Below, piece by piece: positions 10,749 to 23,807 of a DNA stretch of 64,000 nucleotides. The translations under genes were made by a program, and so were the position numbers. Location: contig JBHGNT010000012.1 in assembly GCA_043228905.1 (NCBI GenBank), positions 15,314,001 to 15,378,000 on the forward strand, written 5' to 3'. The notes below the pieces were generated by a model. The model was not told the DNA's origin. It saw only the letters and a program-made list of their open reading frames with translations, and searched no databases. Positions within the stretch are counted from its first letter, which is position 1. Each line of letters opens with the position of its first letter. Source of the DNA: Azolla caroliniana. Taxonomy: Eukaryota > Plantae > Polypodiophyta.

Positions 10749-13700
10749 CTTCCGGGGTACTGATGGAAGAGCCAGCCCCCCACGTCCAAGCGTCCGCCTC
10801 TTCTAGTTCACAAGTATGCACTGCTCTCGCCACCATTAATCACTCCACACACACCATCCTATTAGACTCTGGTAGTAGTATCTCTTCAATTAGCACCGCC
10901 TTAGTTCACCAATTAGGCCTCCCCACAACCATTGCTCCTTCCATCCAAGTCCTTTTTGGCAATCACCAACATCTATACCACTCTCGCACGCAAGCCCATT
11001 GCACCGTTACCTTAGGCACTCTCACATTCTCACACCACTTTTATGTCTTGCCCCACCAACTCTTCCCCCTCACCTTAGGTTGCGATTGGCTCCTCAAGCG
11101 TCGCGCTATGATTGTCCCACAAGCTCCCCCTATCCCCCTCCTACACGATAGCCCCCATGTCCCCCACCTCAGCCAAGTCCAGGTGGCCCTCAGTCCCAAG
11201 GAGCGGTTAATCTCCGTCCGCCAATTGTTAGCTCGTTTTCCGTCACTAGCCGCCCAACCCACGCATGCCGCTACTGTCTCTTTCCCGGTACAACACGGCA
11301 TTCGTACCGGGGATGCCGCTCCCATCCGCATGGCTACATGCCGACGTTCCCCCCTCGACCACGATCGCATCAATGCTGCCATCACTGATATGCTCACCAA
11401 AGGTATTATCATTCCTTCCACCAACGATTGGGTTTCGGAACCCCACCTCGTCAAGAAGGATGATGGGACCTTCCGCTTTTGCATCGACTTTAGGCCTCTC
11501 AACAAAGTGACGATCCATGACCGCTACCCGTTCCCTCGCGTGGACGACCTCTTGGACCAGCTCGGGGGCTCCCGTTATTTCACCTCCCTCGACTTAGCCT
11601 CGGGATATTGGCAGATCCCCTTAAAGCCGTCTGACGCCCACAAGACCACATTTCGCACACGACGCGGCCTGTTCTAGTTCACCCGCATGCCGTTTGGCCT
11701 GTCTGACGCCGGCAACACATTCCAACGCATGGCAAACTCCATCTTTGCCGACCTTATCAGTAAAGGCGTCCTCCTTGTTTATCTCGACGACATCCTTATC
11801 CACACGACCACTTGGGAGGATCATCTACAAACTCTCGCTGAAGTCCTCGCTTGCATAACTAAGCATAACTTGCAACTCCAATGGAAGAAGTGTCGATGGG
11901 GAAGCACCAGCCTCCATTTTCTTGGCTTCATCATCTCTGGTAATGGAATCTGTATGGACCCTGCAAAGGTAGCCGCCATCACCGACTACCCCCACCCCAC
12001 CTCAATAAAAACATAGCAACGTTCTTTTGGCATGATCACCTTTTCCCTTCGCTTCATCCCGAACCTCGCCTTGGTCATTTTCCCCCTCCGTCATCTCCTG
12101 AAGAAAGGTGTGTCATTCGTTTGGGATTCTGCTTGCAAAGACAGCTTTCGTCGCCTCAAAACAATGGTCCAGGAATAAGGGTTGCTCGCCCATCCTAACT
12201 TTGACCAACCGTTTACGTTGCAAACAGATGCCTCTAACCATGGGTTAGGAGCCATCCTCCTGCAAACCGATTGCCATGGGCAAGAGAAGGCAATCGCCTT
12301 CATTAGCCGAACTCTCACGCCGGCTGAACGAAACTACTCAACCACTGAGAAGGAACTACTTGCGATCGTCTAGTCTTTCCAACGTCTTCACCCATACCTT
12401 CATGGCGGGCAGGCTACGGTTGAGACTGACTACCAACCCTTACTTTCTTTGATTCATCGACCTCACCCCCCGGGCTGCTTGTTGCGATAGACATTGGCAT
12501 TTCAAGATTATCAGTTTACCCTCTCCTATCGAAAAGGTGTAACCAATTTGGTCGCCGATAGTCTCTCTCACGCCGATTTCCAAGCTGTCCAATTTCTACC
12601 CGTGACATCTGACCTTCCATTGCCACTACCACAACTCACTACACTTCAGCAACACGACCCCGTCATCCGAGAGATAACCCATCAGTTGCGCTCCCTCCAA
12701 CCATTTCCCTCACAACGACGGTTCATGCTCCACGATAACTTGGTGTTCTTCATTCAGGCGCATCACGAGCCGCATCTCTACATCCCTCATGCCCTACAAC
12801 AGACGTATCTCCAATTTTATCACGACCACCTATTGTCGGGTCATCTGGGTTTCCACAAGGTTCTTGAAAAAATTACGTCTAAAGTATTATTGGCCCAACA
12901 TGCGACACTCTGTCTCTACCTACATAAACCAATGTGCTTTGTGTCAACACATCAAACCCGCGATCAGGCCCGCCGGAACGCTCCAACCCATCACCGTCAC
13001 ATCGGATGGGATTTCATGGATTTCATGGGACCTTTTCCCGAAACCCCCAGTGGCAACAAGTATGTCCTAGTCATAACAGAATACCTCACCAGATGGGCTG
13101 AAACTATTGCCATCCCTAACGTCACTGCGCCAACAATCGCATCCCAACTTTTGCACAAGGTAATTTTTCAACATGGTTTCCCTTTCCAACTCTTATCTGA
13201 TCAGGGCCGCCAGTTCCATGGGGACATCCTCAACACAGTTGCAACTCAACTAGGTGTCCAACAAGTGTTTACATCCCCGTACCATCTGCAAACAAACGGC
13301 CTCACCGAACACCTCAACAAGACCCTCAAGCAGGAGATTGCCGCTTACATCGATCCAAGCCACAAAACTTGGGATCAAATCTTGCCTTTCGTCACCCACA
13401 CCTACAATACATCTGTTCAAGCGTCAACACGAATCAACCCTTTTCGAGCACTCTATGGGCGTGACCCTCAGCTCCCACCAGAACCGTCCATTGACGTCCA
13501 TTCCAAACCTACCAACATGGATGGTGCCACTTAGGGGCTCTATCTCCAACAACTGCTACCTCTCCTTCGACAAGCAAGCTCTCGAAACCTACAAGTCGCA
13601 CAACAACGCCAAAAGTGACACTACGACGTGGGTCAAATTACCCCGACTTATGATGATGGAACCAAAGTCCTTGTTTACTTCCTGGTCCGGTGGCACGGTC

Positions 13701-13882
13701 TCAACGAATCACTCATGCACCGATGGATCAACCCATTCACCGTGGTTCGTGCAATCAAATCCACGACTTACTTGCTCCGACGCGATTCCAATGGTCGCTT
13801 CACCTCCGCCCATGTTGCCCGCATCAAGCCCTATGCTACCCCAAGCCCATCTTCTAGCGCTCGTCCTTTCCCCATGTCGTAA
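10739..13882 (+). pseudogene. pol: G2 pol: PR-RT-RH-INT (stops, frameshift)
   Basis: LLDSGS; FRFCIDFRPLN; LDLASGYWQI; MPFGL; YLDD; [11 protein letters not shown]; HDHLLSGHLG; QTNGLTE. Confidence 0.9.
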
Positions 13883-14114
13883 AAATCCTTGTTTCTCTCA
13901 GGGGGGAAATGTGGTGTCCCTTGGATGCAAGTGCATGCCTTCATGTTGGGTGTGCATGTGTTCCTTTGTGCCCCTTTTAGCATACCCTTGTTAGGACGCA
14001 TGTAGCTAAGTAGAGCCAATCCAAATGGGTACCTTTGTATGACTATAAATTGAATAGGAAGTAAGAAGCTAAGCAAGTTGGTTTTGGATTCCATTTATGT
14101 GCATTTCACAATAT

Positions 14115-15310
14115 AGTAGATCCCCTATGCTTGATAGAAAAAATGTAATTGTCTTTCACGTATGACACACATTCTCCAATGAAGTGCACTCATGTGCAAA
14201 TTGTGGTTTTGTGAGGTATTATCACGGAACATCATGCACTCCCCATAAAAACTTCAGAAATGAAGTAGACTTAGGTCAAGTGCCATAATTAATTGTTTGA
14301 GTGTGCCCTTGTTGAGCCCTTTTGTGAAGATACTCATTGTCTAATGATCAATTTAGATCCATCAGAGATTGACGTTTTCCACAAAATCCACTCTTATATG
14401 TTGCGTTCCTTGCATGAATCATTAGGTTCCATGTGCACATTGAATAATGTCCATGTTCTTGTAAAGAGTCTAAATTAGTCTCCCAATGTGGATGTTGAAA
14501 TCCCTAAAGATTCACTTGAGCCAAATAATCTCTCAAGAAACAGTTGTGGTGCCCCTATAATTAACTACTTAGCTTGCGATGGAGCTCAATCAAGTGTCTT
14601 GATCAACAACTTGCTTGGTGACACATACGATCCCTAGCTCAACCAATGACATGATCAACAACTCACTTGACAACATGATCAACAACTTGATGATCCACTT
14701 GACAACTTACTTGTAAACCCATTTGACAACTTGGTCGATGGCTTGTTTGACATGACACACACGAAGAGCCTTGCCAATTTGCTCAGCATGACACACCCAA
14801 CCAAAAAGATGTTGATAGCTCAAATAAAAAGGTTGTAGCAGGACATTCCAACTTTAGAGGTTTGAAGTGGGCTAATTTGGTATGTGAATCATGTGGACAC
14901 CTCGAGTGAAGAGGTTCTTACATAAACCTTAATCTAAGGGTATAGGTATTATATATTGGGAGAGACTACACTTTCATGACAAAAGTATTGACAACATTTG
15001 AGCCTAAAACCTTTGTAGAAGCAACCAAAGACCATCAATGGATGGAGTCAATGTATGAGGACGAGTAGACTTCTTACAATGATAGAGCATGGAACCTCAT
15101 CCTTATTCATCCATATTTGTACCAATCATGAGTTGTTGGATATTCTCATAAAATGATAAAATTCAATGCCATATGATTTGTTGAGCTTAAGGGGAAGTGT
15201 TGGAGTTTTGTTTTGAGAGTGAGGAGGAATACAATCGCATCGTATGAATATCTATACATTTTGGTTAAGCTTGAAGGAGTTTGTTGAGACAACAAGCTCA
15301 ACTACACACA
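14115..15310 (+). mobile_element. Highly degraded Copia remnant
   Basis: EPKTFVEATKDHQWMESM-like stretch at ~15000; PPT/LTR-start-like gagcttaaggggaagtgttgg (~15183) and tgttgagacaacaagctcaac (~15282). Confidence 0.45.
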
Positions 15311-15399
15311 TAGTGTGAAAACATGCTCCTTTGGTTATGCATATGTCAAGAGTCAAGACACACCATTGACTTTGATCAATAAGATATGCCTTTGCATTC

Positions 15400-16047
15400 A
15401 ATGCAATGGATACATTAGGTGTCCCACATACTCTACTATTATTAGAGGACTATTATAATAGCATGTAAACACCATTGTTACAACTTGTTAACCTTTACCA
15501 AAGTAGGTAGATGGACTTATTCTAATTTAGGCATTAGAGAATTTGAATGTGCATTTGAAGAAATGATCCCCACATGCACCAAAACATTGGCTTTCGCCCT
15601 ATGTCTACCATCAAACATGAAAACATTATGCATATTCCAATTGTGCTACAATCCCTAATATTGGAAAAATTGGAACAAGATCTCTAACTCATCATTTGGA
15701 TTAATGAGGCCTCAAATCTCCGATAAGTACTTTCAAATGGTATGAGCTATAGGCATTTAGTGAACCTATGTGTATTGTCCTACAATGGAATGGTGGAATA
15801 GAAGCACGACTTGACCCTAGTCCTTATCTCTTTAAGGCTAAACCTAATGGTAGCTCATCAATCATGACTCTCCATTGGAATACCTTTGCATGAAAATGGT
15901 AGCCCACCAAACATGACTCTCCATAGGAATACCTTTGCAGGAAATAGCAAATAGGAATGTCAACTACATTGCAATATTTGCCACCACCTTGAATTTGACA
16001 AACATACATTCCAGGCATTTTTTGCTTTAGTTGATAGCCAAGATAAT
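15400..16047 (-). mobile_element. Degraded LINE 3' region, continuing at 37163-37690
   Basis: Cys/Trp-rich degenerate reading on minus strand resembling the L1 C-terminal zinc-finger region; it flanks Copia A's TSD. Confidence 0.35.
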
Positions 16048-16496
16048 TGTTGAGATACAAGCTCAACATTGGGCGTGTAAACCGGTACGTAAAGCCGGAG
16101 GCCGTTGGATAGATATTCCGTGGAGGAATATATTTTTGGGAGTTAGTGTAGGGGCTCATTGATGAGCATTGAAGTACGTGTCAATACTTCTATTAGTCTA
16201 TATGAACTTCTATAAAGGTGCTCTTTGAGCACATCCTATGTGCAGAGTTTTAGAGTATTATTTTGGAGTAGAGTTTTCGGTGTTCTATTCTCTCTGTCCC
16301 TCCCGCGTACGCTGTGTTGATTAAGCTTTCCATTAATCCTTCCTCGTCTCTTGTCTTTTGTCTGTTGTTACCTGGTTGTGTCTGTTAAGCATCCGCACAT
16401 ATTCTTTTGCATGGTATCAGAGCGTGAGGGTTGAGATCCTCTGCTGCCGACAAACAGACAAACCCTAATCACAGTGAAGAACAAAAGAAGGAAAGA

Positions 16497-18030
16497 ATGG
16501 ACAGAGGGATGGGTAGCTCGCTTCCGACGGAGAAGCTCGACAGAAGCAACTGTGCATCTTGGTCGTACAAGATGCACCAATACCTACTCGGGCATGGCTA
16601 CTGGAGTTATGTCGATGGAGCTAATGACGCAACACTCGAATCGACACACAAAGATTTCCCAACCTGGGAACATACGGCAAGCAGAGTTCTCTACTGCTTC
16701 ACATCCTATGTTCGCGATCAGCTTTTGAGCTACATTCGGGATGCGAAGACGTTGAAGGATGCTTGGGGAAATTTGAAAAAGATTTTCACCGTGAGCACCA
16801 TAGCTAGAAAGCTCCAACTCAGGCAAGAGTTGAGAAATGTTTGACAACAAGATATGTCGGTGGCTGATTACACCTCCAAGATCAAGGACATCTGCAACTC
16901 TCTCGCCTTCGTCGATGTAAACGTCGAGGAGTGTGAAATGGTGCAGGTATGCCTTGGAGGGTTAACGTCGAAGTTCGGAGCTTTCCGAATTGCGGTCTCT
17001 ATGAAGGAGAATACGTCGTCGTTTTTCGACTTACAGTCGATGCTTCGAGTAGGGGAGAACCATGTGGGTGCGTCAACGAGTACACACGCCGACAACAAGA
17101 TGTTGTACACGGAGGAAGATAGGCCCCGTGGTCGTGGCGGACGAGGCGAATCGATGCGCCTACAGGAGGAAGATTGGAAGGCATGGTTGTAATGCCAATA
17201 GTAGTTCTGAACCCTCTGGAAGCAGGGGGAGTCGAGGTAGCACCGGAAATCGGCAAGGAAAGCTTGCCACGGAATGTTGGTATTGCGGCAAGAAAGGCCA
17301 TACGGAGAGCGAGTGCTGGAAGAAACACGCTGATTAAGAGAAAATCACATCCGGCTCTGGGCGGACCGAACAAGGAAAGTGACAACAATTGCACTACATC
17401 GAGGGCTCCAAACGAGCCGAGAATGGATCGGGCCCAACCTTCGTAATGAAGCACAAGGCCAATTTGATGGTCATGAATACCTCGAAACCGAACGAGGTGT
17501 GGTATGTTGACTCCGGAGCATCAAATCATATGACGAGTCATGAGGAATGGTTCTCGTACTTGGAGAAACCAGAAAAACAAGGAGTGGTCAAAACTGGAGA
17601 CGACACTCCACATACCATCGAACATGTCGGTGAAGCTCCCCTCAACCATGTCAGGCAGAAAGGGAAACTCATGAACGTGCTACACCTCCCAACAATAACG
17701 AAGAACCTGGTGTTGGTCGGACAGATCATCGACCAGGGGATGCAAGTTCGATTCACGCATCTCGGTTGCTACATTGAAGAAGAGGGGAAAGTCATTACGC
17801 AAGGGCATCGAGAAGGGAGGGTGTTCATCCTCAACACCAATGAAGTCGGAACCACGTTGTTCACGAAAGGACAGAAGGTTAAGTCGGACATCGACCTATG
17901 GCACAAGTGGTTCAGCCATGTTAACTTCCCGCAGCTTCGTGAAATGCAGACGAAGAACATTGTTTTCATATTGCCGAAATTTAGTGGTTGGAACAGCCAA
18001 GTCTGCGAAGCTTGCTAGCTTGGGAAGCAA
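16497..18030 (+). pseudogene. Copia A gag-protease-GAG_pre-integrase
   Basis: MDRGMGSSLPTEKLD..., CWYCGKKGHTESEC, WYVDSGASNHM, LWHKWFSH...VCEAC; stops and frameshift. Confidence 0.88.
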
Positions 18031-18460
18031 AAACGAAGGTGTGGAAGCGTTAGACAACCAGCTTAGCTGGATAGCAACACAGAGAGAAAAAGACATTAAC
18101 ACACAGAAGGTACGTAGGAGAGACATAGAAAGAGCAGAACAACTTGAATCTATTATCAACAACTTTGTAAAATTCTCTGTGCATACAACGTTCTCAACAA
18201 CACTATTTATACAAGTCCTAAGAGGACTGACAAAAGTACAGTGTACTTCAATGCTCACACGAGCGTCTAACACTAACTACGAGACATTAACTACCTAGTA
18301 GTCTAGGCTACTACTAGGCTTCTGATTATTGCTGGATCCGGCTAACCGGCTCCCCAGCTCATCGGCTCGCTTGCTCACCGGCTCACCAATCCGGCTCATC
18401 CTTCCGGATGCCGATCCGGCTCAGGCTTATTCAGCCGATCCGGCTCCATCCAGTACAGCA
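18027..18460 (-). mobile_element. Inverted LTR fragment of a related Copia family
   Basis: Shares tttatacaagtcc and tacttcaatgctca blocks with the Copia B LTR and the reverse complement of LTR 52189-52636; ends not intact. Confidence 0.65.
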
Positions 18461-21400
18461 TGGACAAACCTATAAAACCCCTAGTATGGCTTGTGTAAAG
18501 GGGGGGGGGGGCTCAATAGGTGATAATCACCGTCGTCATCATCATCATCATGAATATAAAATTCTTCTTATAATTATACTTCTATTGTTCATCTTCTTTC
18601 ATGTTTGATACTTCTTATTGTACTTCTTATAATCATCAATCTTTTGATCTTGTCAATGATAACATTGTTTCTCGATAACTTGGTAAATGTCCTCCCTGGT
18701 CAGAGACCCCGGTGGTCCCGTTCGAGTGACACAAACACGCACATCTTCGCGACACCGGTTGCTGGATCTGTCCAATTTCCGATTGCCAGCTCTGCTCGGT
18801 CGCCGGCTCCATCCAGTTTCCGATGGCTGGCTCTGCCCAGTCACCGGTTGTCGGATCCCTCCGTACACTAGTTCCATCCAGTTGCCGGCTCCATCCAGTT
18901 TTCGATAATATGACCGACCAATTTGAGTTCCTTTACCAGTCGATTTGAGTTCCATCACCAGCCGGTTCGAGCAACTTTGACACATCCGGCGACTTAGCCA
19001 CATATGTCCTTCTAGACAAGAGTGGCCCAAGCCCAGCTATTTCTTTTGTGCTCTTAACACATAGATGAGAAATGATGGTTCTCAATCTGCTTATATAGTT
19101 GGCTCCTAAAGTTACCTATGTATGTGGGATATTTCAAAATTCTATTTTCTTTATCTTCTCAAACTTCATGTCCACATAACTTGATATGTGGTTGTTCATT
19201 TTATATGTAGTAAAATGTGTTTTGAAGCTCTTGAGTACATCCATCTTTCTATAACAAGCCACTAATCTAATCTAAAATAATTATTTCATTATTTATTTAT
19301 TTTTTACATAGTGTGTGAAGATTCACATGACATTCGCCCCCACCAAACCTGCACATCCACCGGTATGTGCCAATTTTGGTGAGGATCCACTAAATTTGAT
19401 TACTATACTTTTTCATCGATGTACCTGAACCACAATTGCCATCTGATCCACCATATTCTTCGTTCACTCTTTGCATTTCCATGACTGATTGACATGGCTC
19501 TCTTTGCTGCTCTTGAGCATAATGCTTCACGCCTCGCGCACGTGCCACCTTCATCTCGGCCATCTCCTTGGTCATTGTTCACTCTTGCCTTCCTCAGGTT
19601 GATGTCATTATTTGTATTATCTTGGTCCGTCTCTTCCTCTTCACCACCATCTGTCTCTTGGGTCTCACGTTGGTTCTTGTACGCAACTGCCCAAGTCTTC
19701 GGAACATGTGTCAAGAATTTCTCATCTTTATCGGCTTTTGCCTTTGTCATGTTGTCCATAGACATCTCCTTGGCTATCTCTTTGTCGCTCGCATTAGCTT
19801 CAGCCCTTGCTTCCTCGCCACCACTGTCCTTCTCTTGGGTCTTACATTGGTTAATGCCCAAGTCTCTTGAACGAGTGTGGAGGGATCCATACGTTTTCAT
19901 AGTTTGTCTTTGTCATGCTACCCTTAGCCGCTTCCACCTTATGGTTGTCCGCATTGGCTTTGACCTTTGTTTCTTTGCCGCCACCTTCTGTCTCTTGGGT
20001 TTAGGGTTTCAAGAACCTTTGTGGGGAAAGTCTCTTCATGATCGTCGTCTACCCTCTTCAGCTTGACATCTCCATTGTAAAAAGTAGCGTGCGGAAGCAA
20101 ATATGAAGACCGAACAGAAGGAAGAAAACTCAGGTTTAATGGAGAGCTTGAGCTTACGCAGTATACGCGGGAGAGACAGAGGGAGTGAGAGAGAGAAAAC
20201 ACAAGAACTATATTCAACAAAAAATACTCAATCTCTATTCACCACTCTATACATATGTGTGTTCAATGAACACTTTTATACAAGTCCTAGAAGGACTGAC
20301 CGAAGTACTGACAGTACTTCAATGCTCATTAAGAGCTCCTACACTAACTCCCAAATATATTCGTCACGGAATATCTTTCCTAACGGCCTCCCAGTTTATG
20401 CACCGATCCGGCCCTACCTACACACCGGTCTGCGTACCGGTTTACGCATTCGGCCTAACCGATCGATCCCAACCGATCCGGTCCTCGGCTTCTTCAGCCG
20501 ATCCGACCGATGTTGAGCTTGTCTCTCAACACTCCCCCTCAAGCTCAACTTGAGGCTCTTCGGGATCTTCGGGCTCACAGCTCCGGTTCCTCCTGGCTTC
20601 ACGCCTCGCTCGCGCTCCACGTCTTGTTCGACTCCGTGCGCTTCGACCCTTCCGGTCGGCTTGTCTGCTCATGTGGCCCTTATAAGCTCTTCTGCTGTTG
20701 CGGTGTTGACGCTTCTCTTGCTTCCTTTTCTTCCGCTTGGGCCTCGGTTGATTCAGTGTATCTGAATCAAACATCCGAACCGACTCGGCTACCTCCGATC
20801 GGTTTTCGCTCTCGTCCGAGTTGGCTGTCTCCAACTTGTCTTAGGTCTTCTCGCCCTCGATGGCGTCATCTTCCCCATGCGTGGTTGGCTTAGGCTCTCT
20901 CCTTCGGCTGCTCCCCTTCTGTTTGCTTCCGGACTTTTCCGCGAGTCCGCCCTCGGCTTCTTCAGCTGATCCGAAGTCAAACTCAACATCCGAGTCAACC
21001 GACTCGGTGTCGCAGTCTTGGTCATTCGGGACTGTTCTCCCCTTCAAGTTTGGCACGTCGAGGTGTCGCAATCCGAGCGCACCCGAGAATTGCCGCAACT
21101 TGTCTAGACCAAGAGGCTTGGTGAAGATGTCGGCAGTCTGTCGATCTGTCGGAACGTACTGAAGTTCGACTTCATCGGAAAGGACACGCTCACGGACGAA
21201 ATGGTAGTGCACCTCAATGTGCTTGGTCCGTGCATGGAAAACGGGGTTTTTCGCGAGCTGGATGCTGCTGAGGTTGTCGCAGTAGATCGTCGTCGGATCT
21301 AACACCTCCTCTTGCAGGTCCTTAAGTAGCCGCTTCAACCATATGGCTTCGCATGTCGCGACAGCCGCTCCTCTGTACTCAGCTTCGGTGCTCGACAACG

Positions 21401-22838
21401 CAACTGTCGGTTGCTTCTTACTGCTCTACGCAATCGCGGCACTCCCGAGGGAGAACGCGTATCTGGACGTGGATTGGCGATCGGCAGCGTTGCCAGCCCA
21501 ATCAGCATCGGTGTAGCTGACTAACTGCGCGGCTGCACCGGTCCGATATAGTAGTCCCCGGTCCTTGGTGCCGTTGACATACCAAAGTATGCGTTGCGCA
21601 CACTGAAGGTGCTCCTCGGTAGGTCGCGCCATGAACTGACTGATCACTCCAACCGAATAACTGAGGTCGGGTCGGGTGATGGTCAAGTATATGAGGCTTC
21701 CGACAATTTGTCGGAACCTCGTCGGATCGCATACCTTTCCCGTATCGGGACGAAGCTTGACGGTTCTGTCCAGAGGAGTCGAGACGGACTTACAGTTGGC
21801 CATCCCGAATTTGAAGAGCATACTCAGCACGTAATGATGTTGGCTGATCAATATGCTTTCGGGGGTACGGATCACTTCGATCCCGAGGAAGTAATGAAGG
21901 TCCCCCAGATCCTTCATGTCGAACGATGCCGCAAGCTGGAGCTTCACGCGGTCGATTTCGCCTAGGTCGGCGCCGGTGATGACCAAGTCATCAACGTATA
22001 GTAAAATACTAACCGGTCCGAGTCGACGTTTCTGGATGAATAGGGAAGAGTCCGATTTTGACGGGACGAAGCCCATCAGACGCAGTTGTTGCGTGATCTT
22101 CGCGTTCCAGGCACACGGGGCTTGCTTCAGTCCGTAAAGGGACTTCTTTAGTCGGCATACTGTCGAGGAGTTCGTTCCAGAGTGAAATCTGGGGGGTTGT
22201 ACCATGTACACCTGTTCCTCAAGGTCACCTTGCAGGAACACATTCTTTACATCCATCTGATGTAAGTGCCACCCCTTCACCGCAGCTACTGCGAGCAAAA
22301 CACGGACGATCGTCATTTTCGCGACCGGCGCAAACGTCTCATCGTAGTCGATGCCGTATTTCTGCGCGTAGCCCTTTGCCACTAGCCGAGCCTTGTACCG
22401 GTTGACCGAGCCATCGGTGTTGTACTTGACTTTGTACACCCACCTACACCCGATCGGCTTCACACCCTTCAGTGTGTCAACCAGGTCCCAGGTCTCGTTC
22501 TCCGCCAATGCGTGCATCTTTTCCTCCATTGCAGCACGCCAATTCGCATCCTTTGCCGCTTCTGCGTAGCTCTCCGGTGCACGCACTTCCGCTATACGGG
22601 TCATGTACGCATAATGATGCGCCATGTACTCGTTGTATCCGAACCGCAAAACAGGGTTCTTCTGGCGGGTAGATCGGCGTAATCTCACATTAGCCGATGT
22701 CGAGGCCTTCTCGTTCGACGCGGACTTCACCTTTAAAGACCCGTCACCGGTTCCCTCGGAGTCGGACTCGCATTGGTCTGACTTGTTCCTATCCGTGCCG
22801 GAATCTGACACCTTCTTCTTCCCTTTCTCTGTGCGCGT

Positions 22839-23807
22839 TGTCGTGAAGATTTTCGGCAATAGTGTGAAAATCCTATAAAACGTACGAAATCGAGTATGAA
22901 TCACGTAGTACAATAATTGTGAAGATAACATTTTTAATATCTAAGTACAAAATGATGGAGGTTTCGAATGCACTTTATTACACGAGAAATGGACAACTAA
23001 ATGTCAAGATATGAGGGTATAAAGTTTGTGAAAAGAAAAGAGAAAATTGTGAGATATCCCACATAGGCACGACAAATACAGCTCTCATCATATATAAGGT
23101 GGAGCAAAAGATATTATCTTTGTGTCTATGTATGGAGCATAGAGAGTTCAAGGTAACTTGAACTTAGAGGGGAGGTGGCTAGCTACTCGAAAAGGGTTTT
23201 GGCCAACCAAAACCGAACCGGCGATGGAGCCGGTGATCCGACGGCATCCGACCGCAATCCGGCGTCGGCGGCGGTATCCGGCGAACCGGCGACTAGATAA
23301 AATAAATATATAAATATATATACATATTTACATATACAAGGAGGGCAAGTATGGATTCGAACCTTGCACCTCCAAGTTAGGAGTCAAATGGCTTACCATT
23401 AAGCCATGGTATTTAGTTGAAATTATATTTCTATCATTGTACTTTTACATGTAAATTCTCATACATGAGAGCTAAAATGAGTGACATGGTTAGCATGCAC
23501 CACATGTAATACTTAAGCGCCAAATGGCAAACATGCAATTTATGCATGTCTTGTACCCTCACATGCATCATATGCATGAGAGCATCTATAAAAGAGGGAA
23601 GGGGGAGGAGAAAAAGGACGGTTTTTTTTATGAAAATTAAGAAGAAGAAATTCGTTATCAAATCAATCGTGTAATCTCATCTTCTCTCTTTCCCAATCTA
23701 TCTTAAGTACTTTCTCGCCAAAGCTTGTATCGACTCTAAATCCTTCTGGTCCAGAACCCCGGCGGTTCCGCCTCACGATCCGCGCGTAGTGACGGATCTT
23801 CACGACA
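22839..23807 (+). mobile_element. Solo LTR (969 bp) of a G1-related Gypsy family, inserted in Copia B
   Basis: 12-bp perfect terminal inverted repeat tgtcgtgaagat...atcttcacgaca; TSD GCGT (22835-22838, 23808-23811); 3' end resembles G1 U5; no internal coding sequence. Confidence 0.85.
23345..23412 (-). promoter_or_regulatory. tRNA-like Pol III A/B-box module in solo LTR
   Basis: A box TGGCTTAATGG (23406-23396) with D-stem GCTT/AAGC; B box GGTTCGAATCC (23363-23353); tRNA spacing. Confidence 0.7.

Larger units (their letters stand above)
9531..14110 (+). mobile_element. Small Ty3/Gypsy LTR retrotransposon G2 (4.58 kb, 201-bp LTRs), decayed
   Basis: LTRs 9531-9731 and 13910-14110 (3 differences by eye); TSD ATAT; PBS at 9736; PPT aggggggaaa before 13910; gag (PMDID, CFYCHNYGH), PR (LLDSGS), RT (YLDD), RH (TDAS...EKELLA), INT (DFMGPFP...SDQG). 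Confidence 0.93.

Noticed and set aside
19403-20066. env-like hydrophobic ORF (19494-20066, +)
   Set aside because: It is the antisense reading of a purine-rich acidic repeat in G3; the hydrophobicity is a composition artefact.
23345-23412. Functional tRNA-Arg(CCT) gene
   Set aside because: A CTCCTAA loop is at the right position, but the anticodon and acceptor stems do not pair; kept only as a tRNA-like promoter module.
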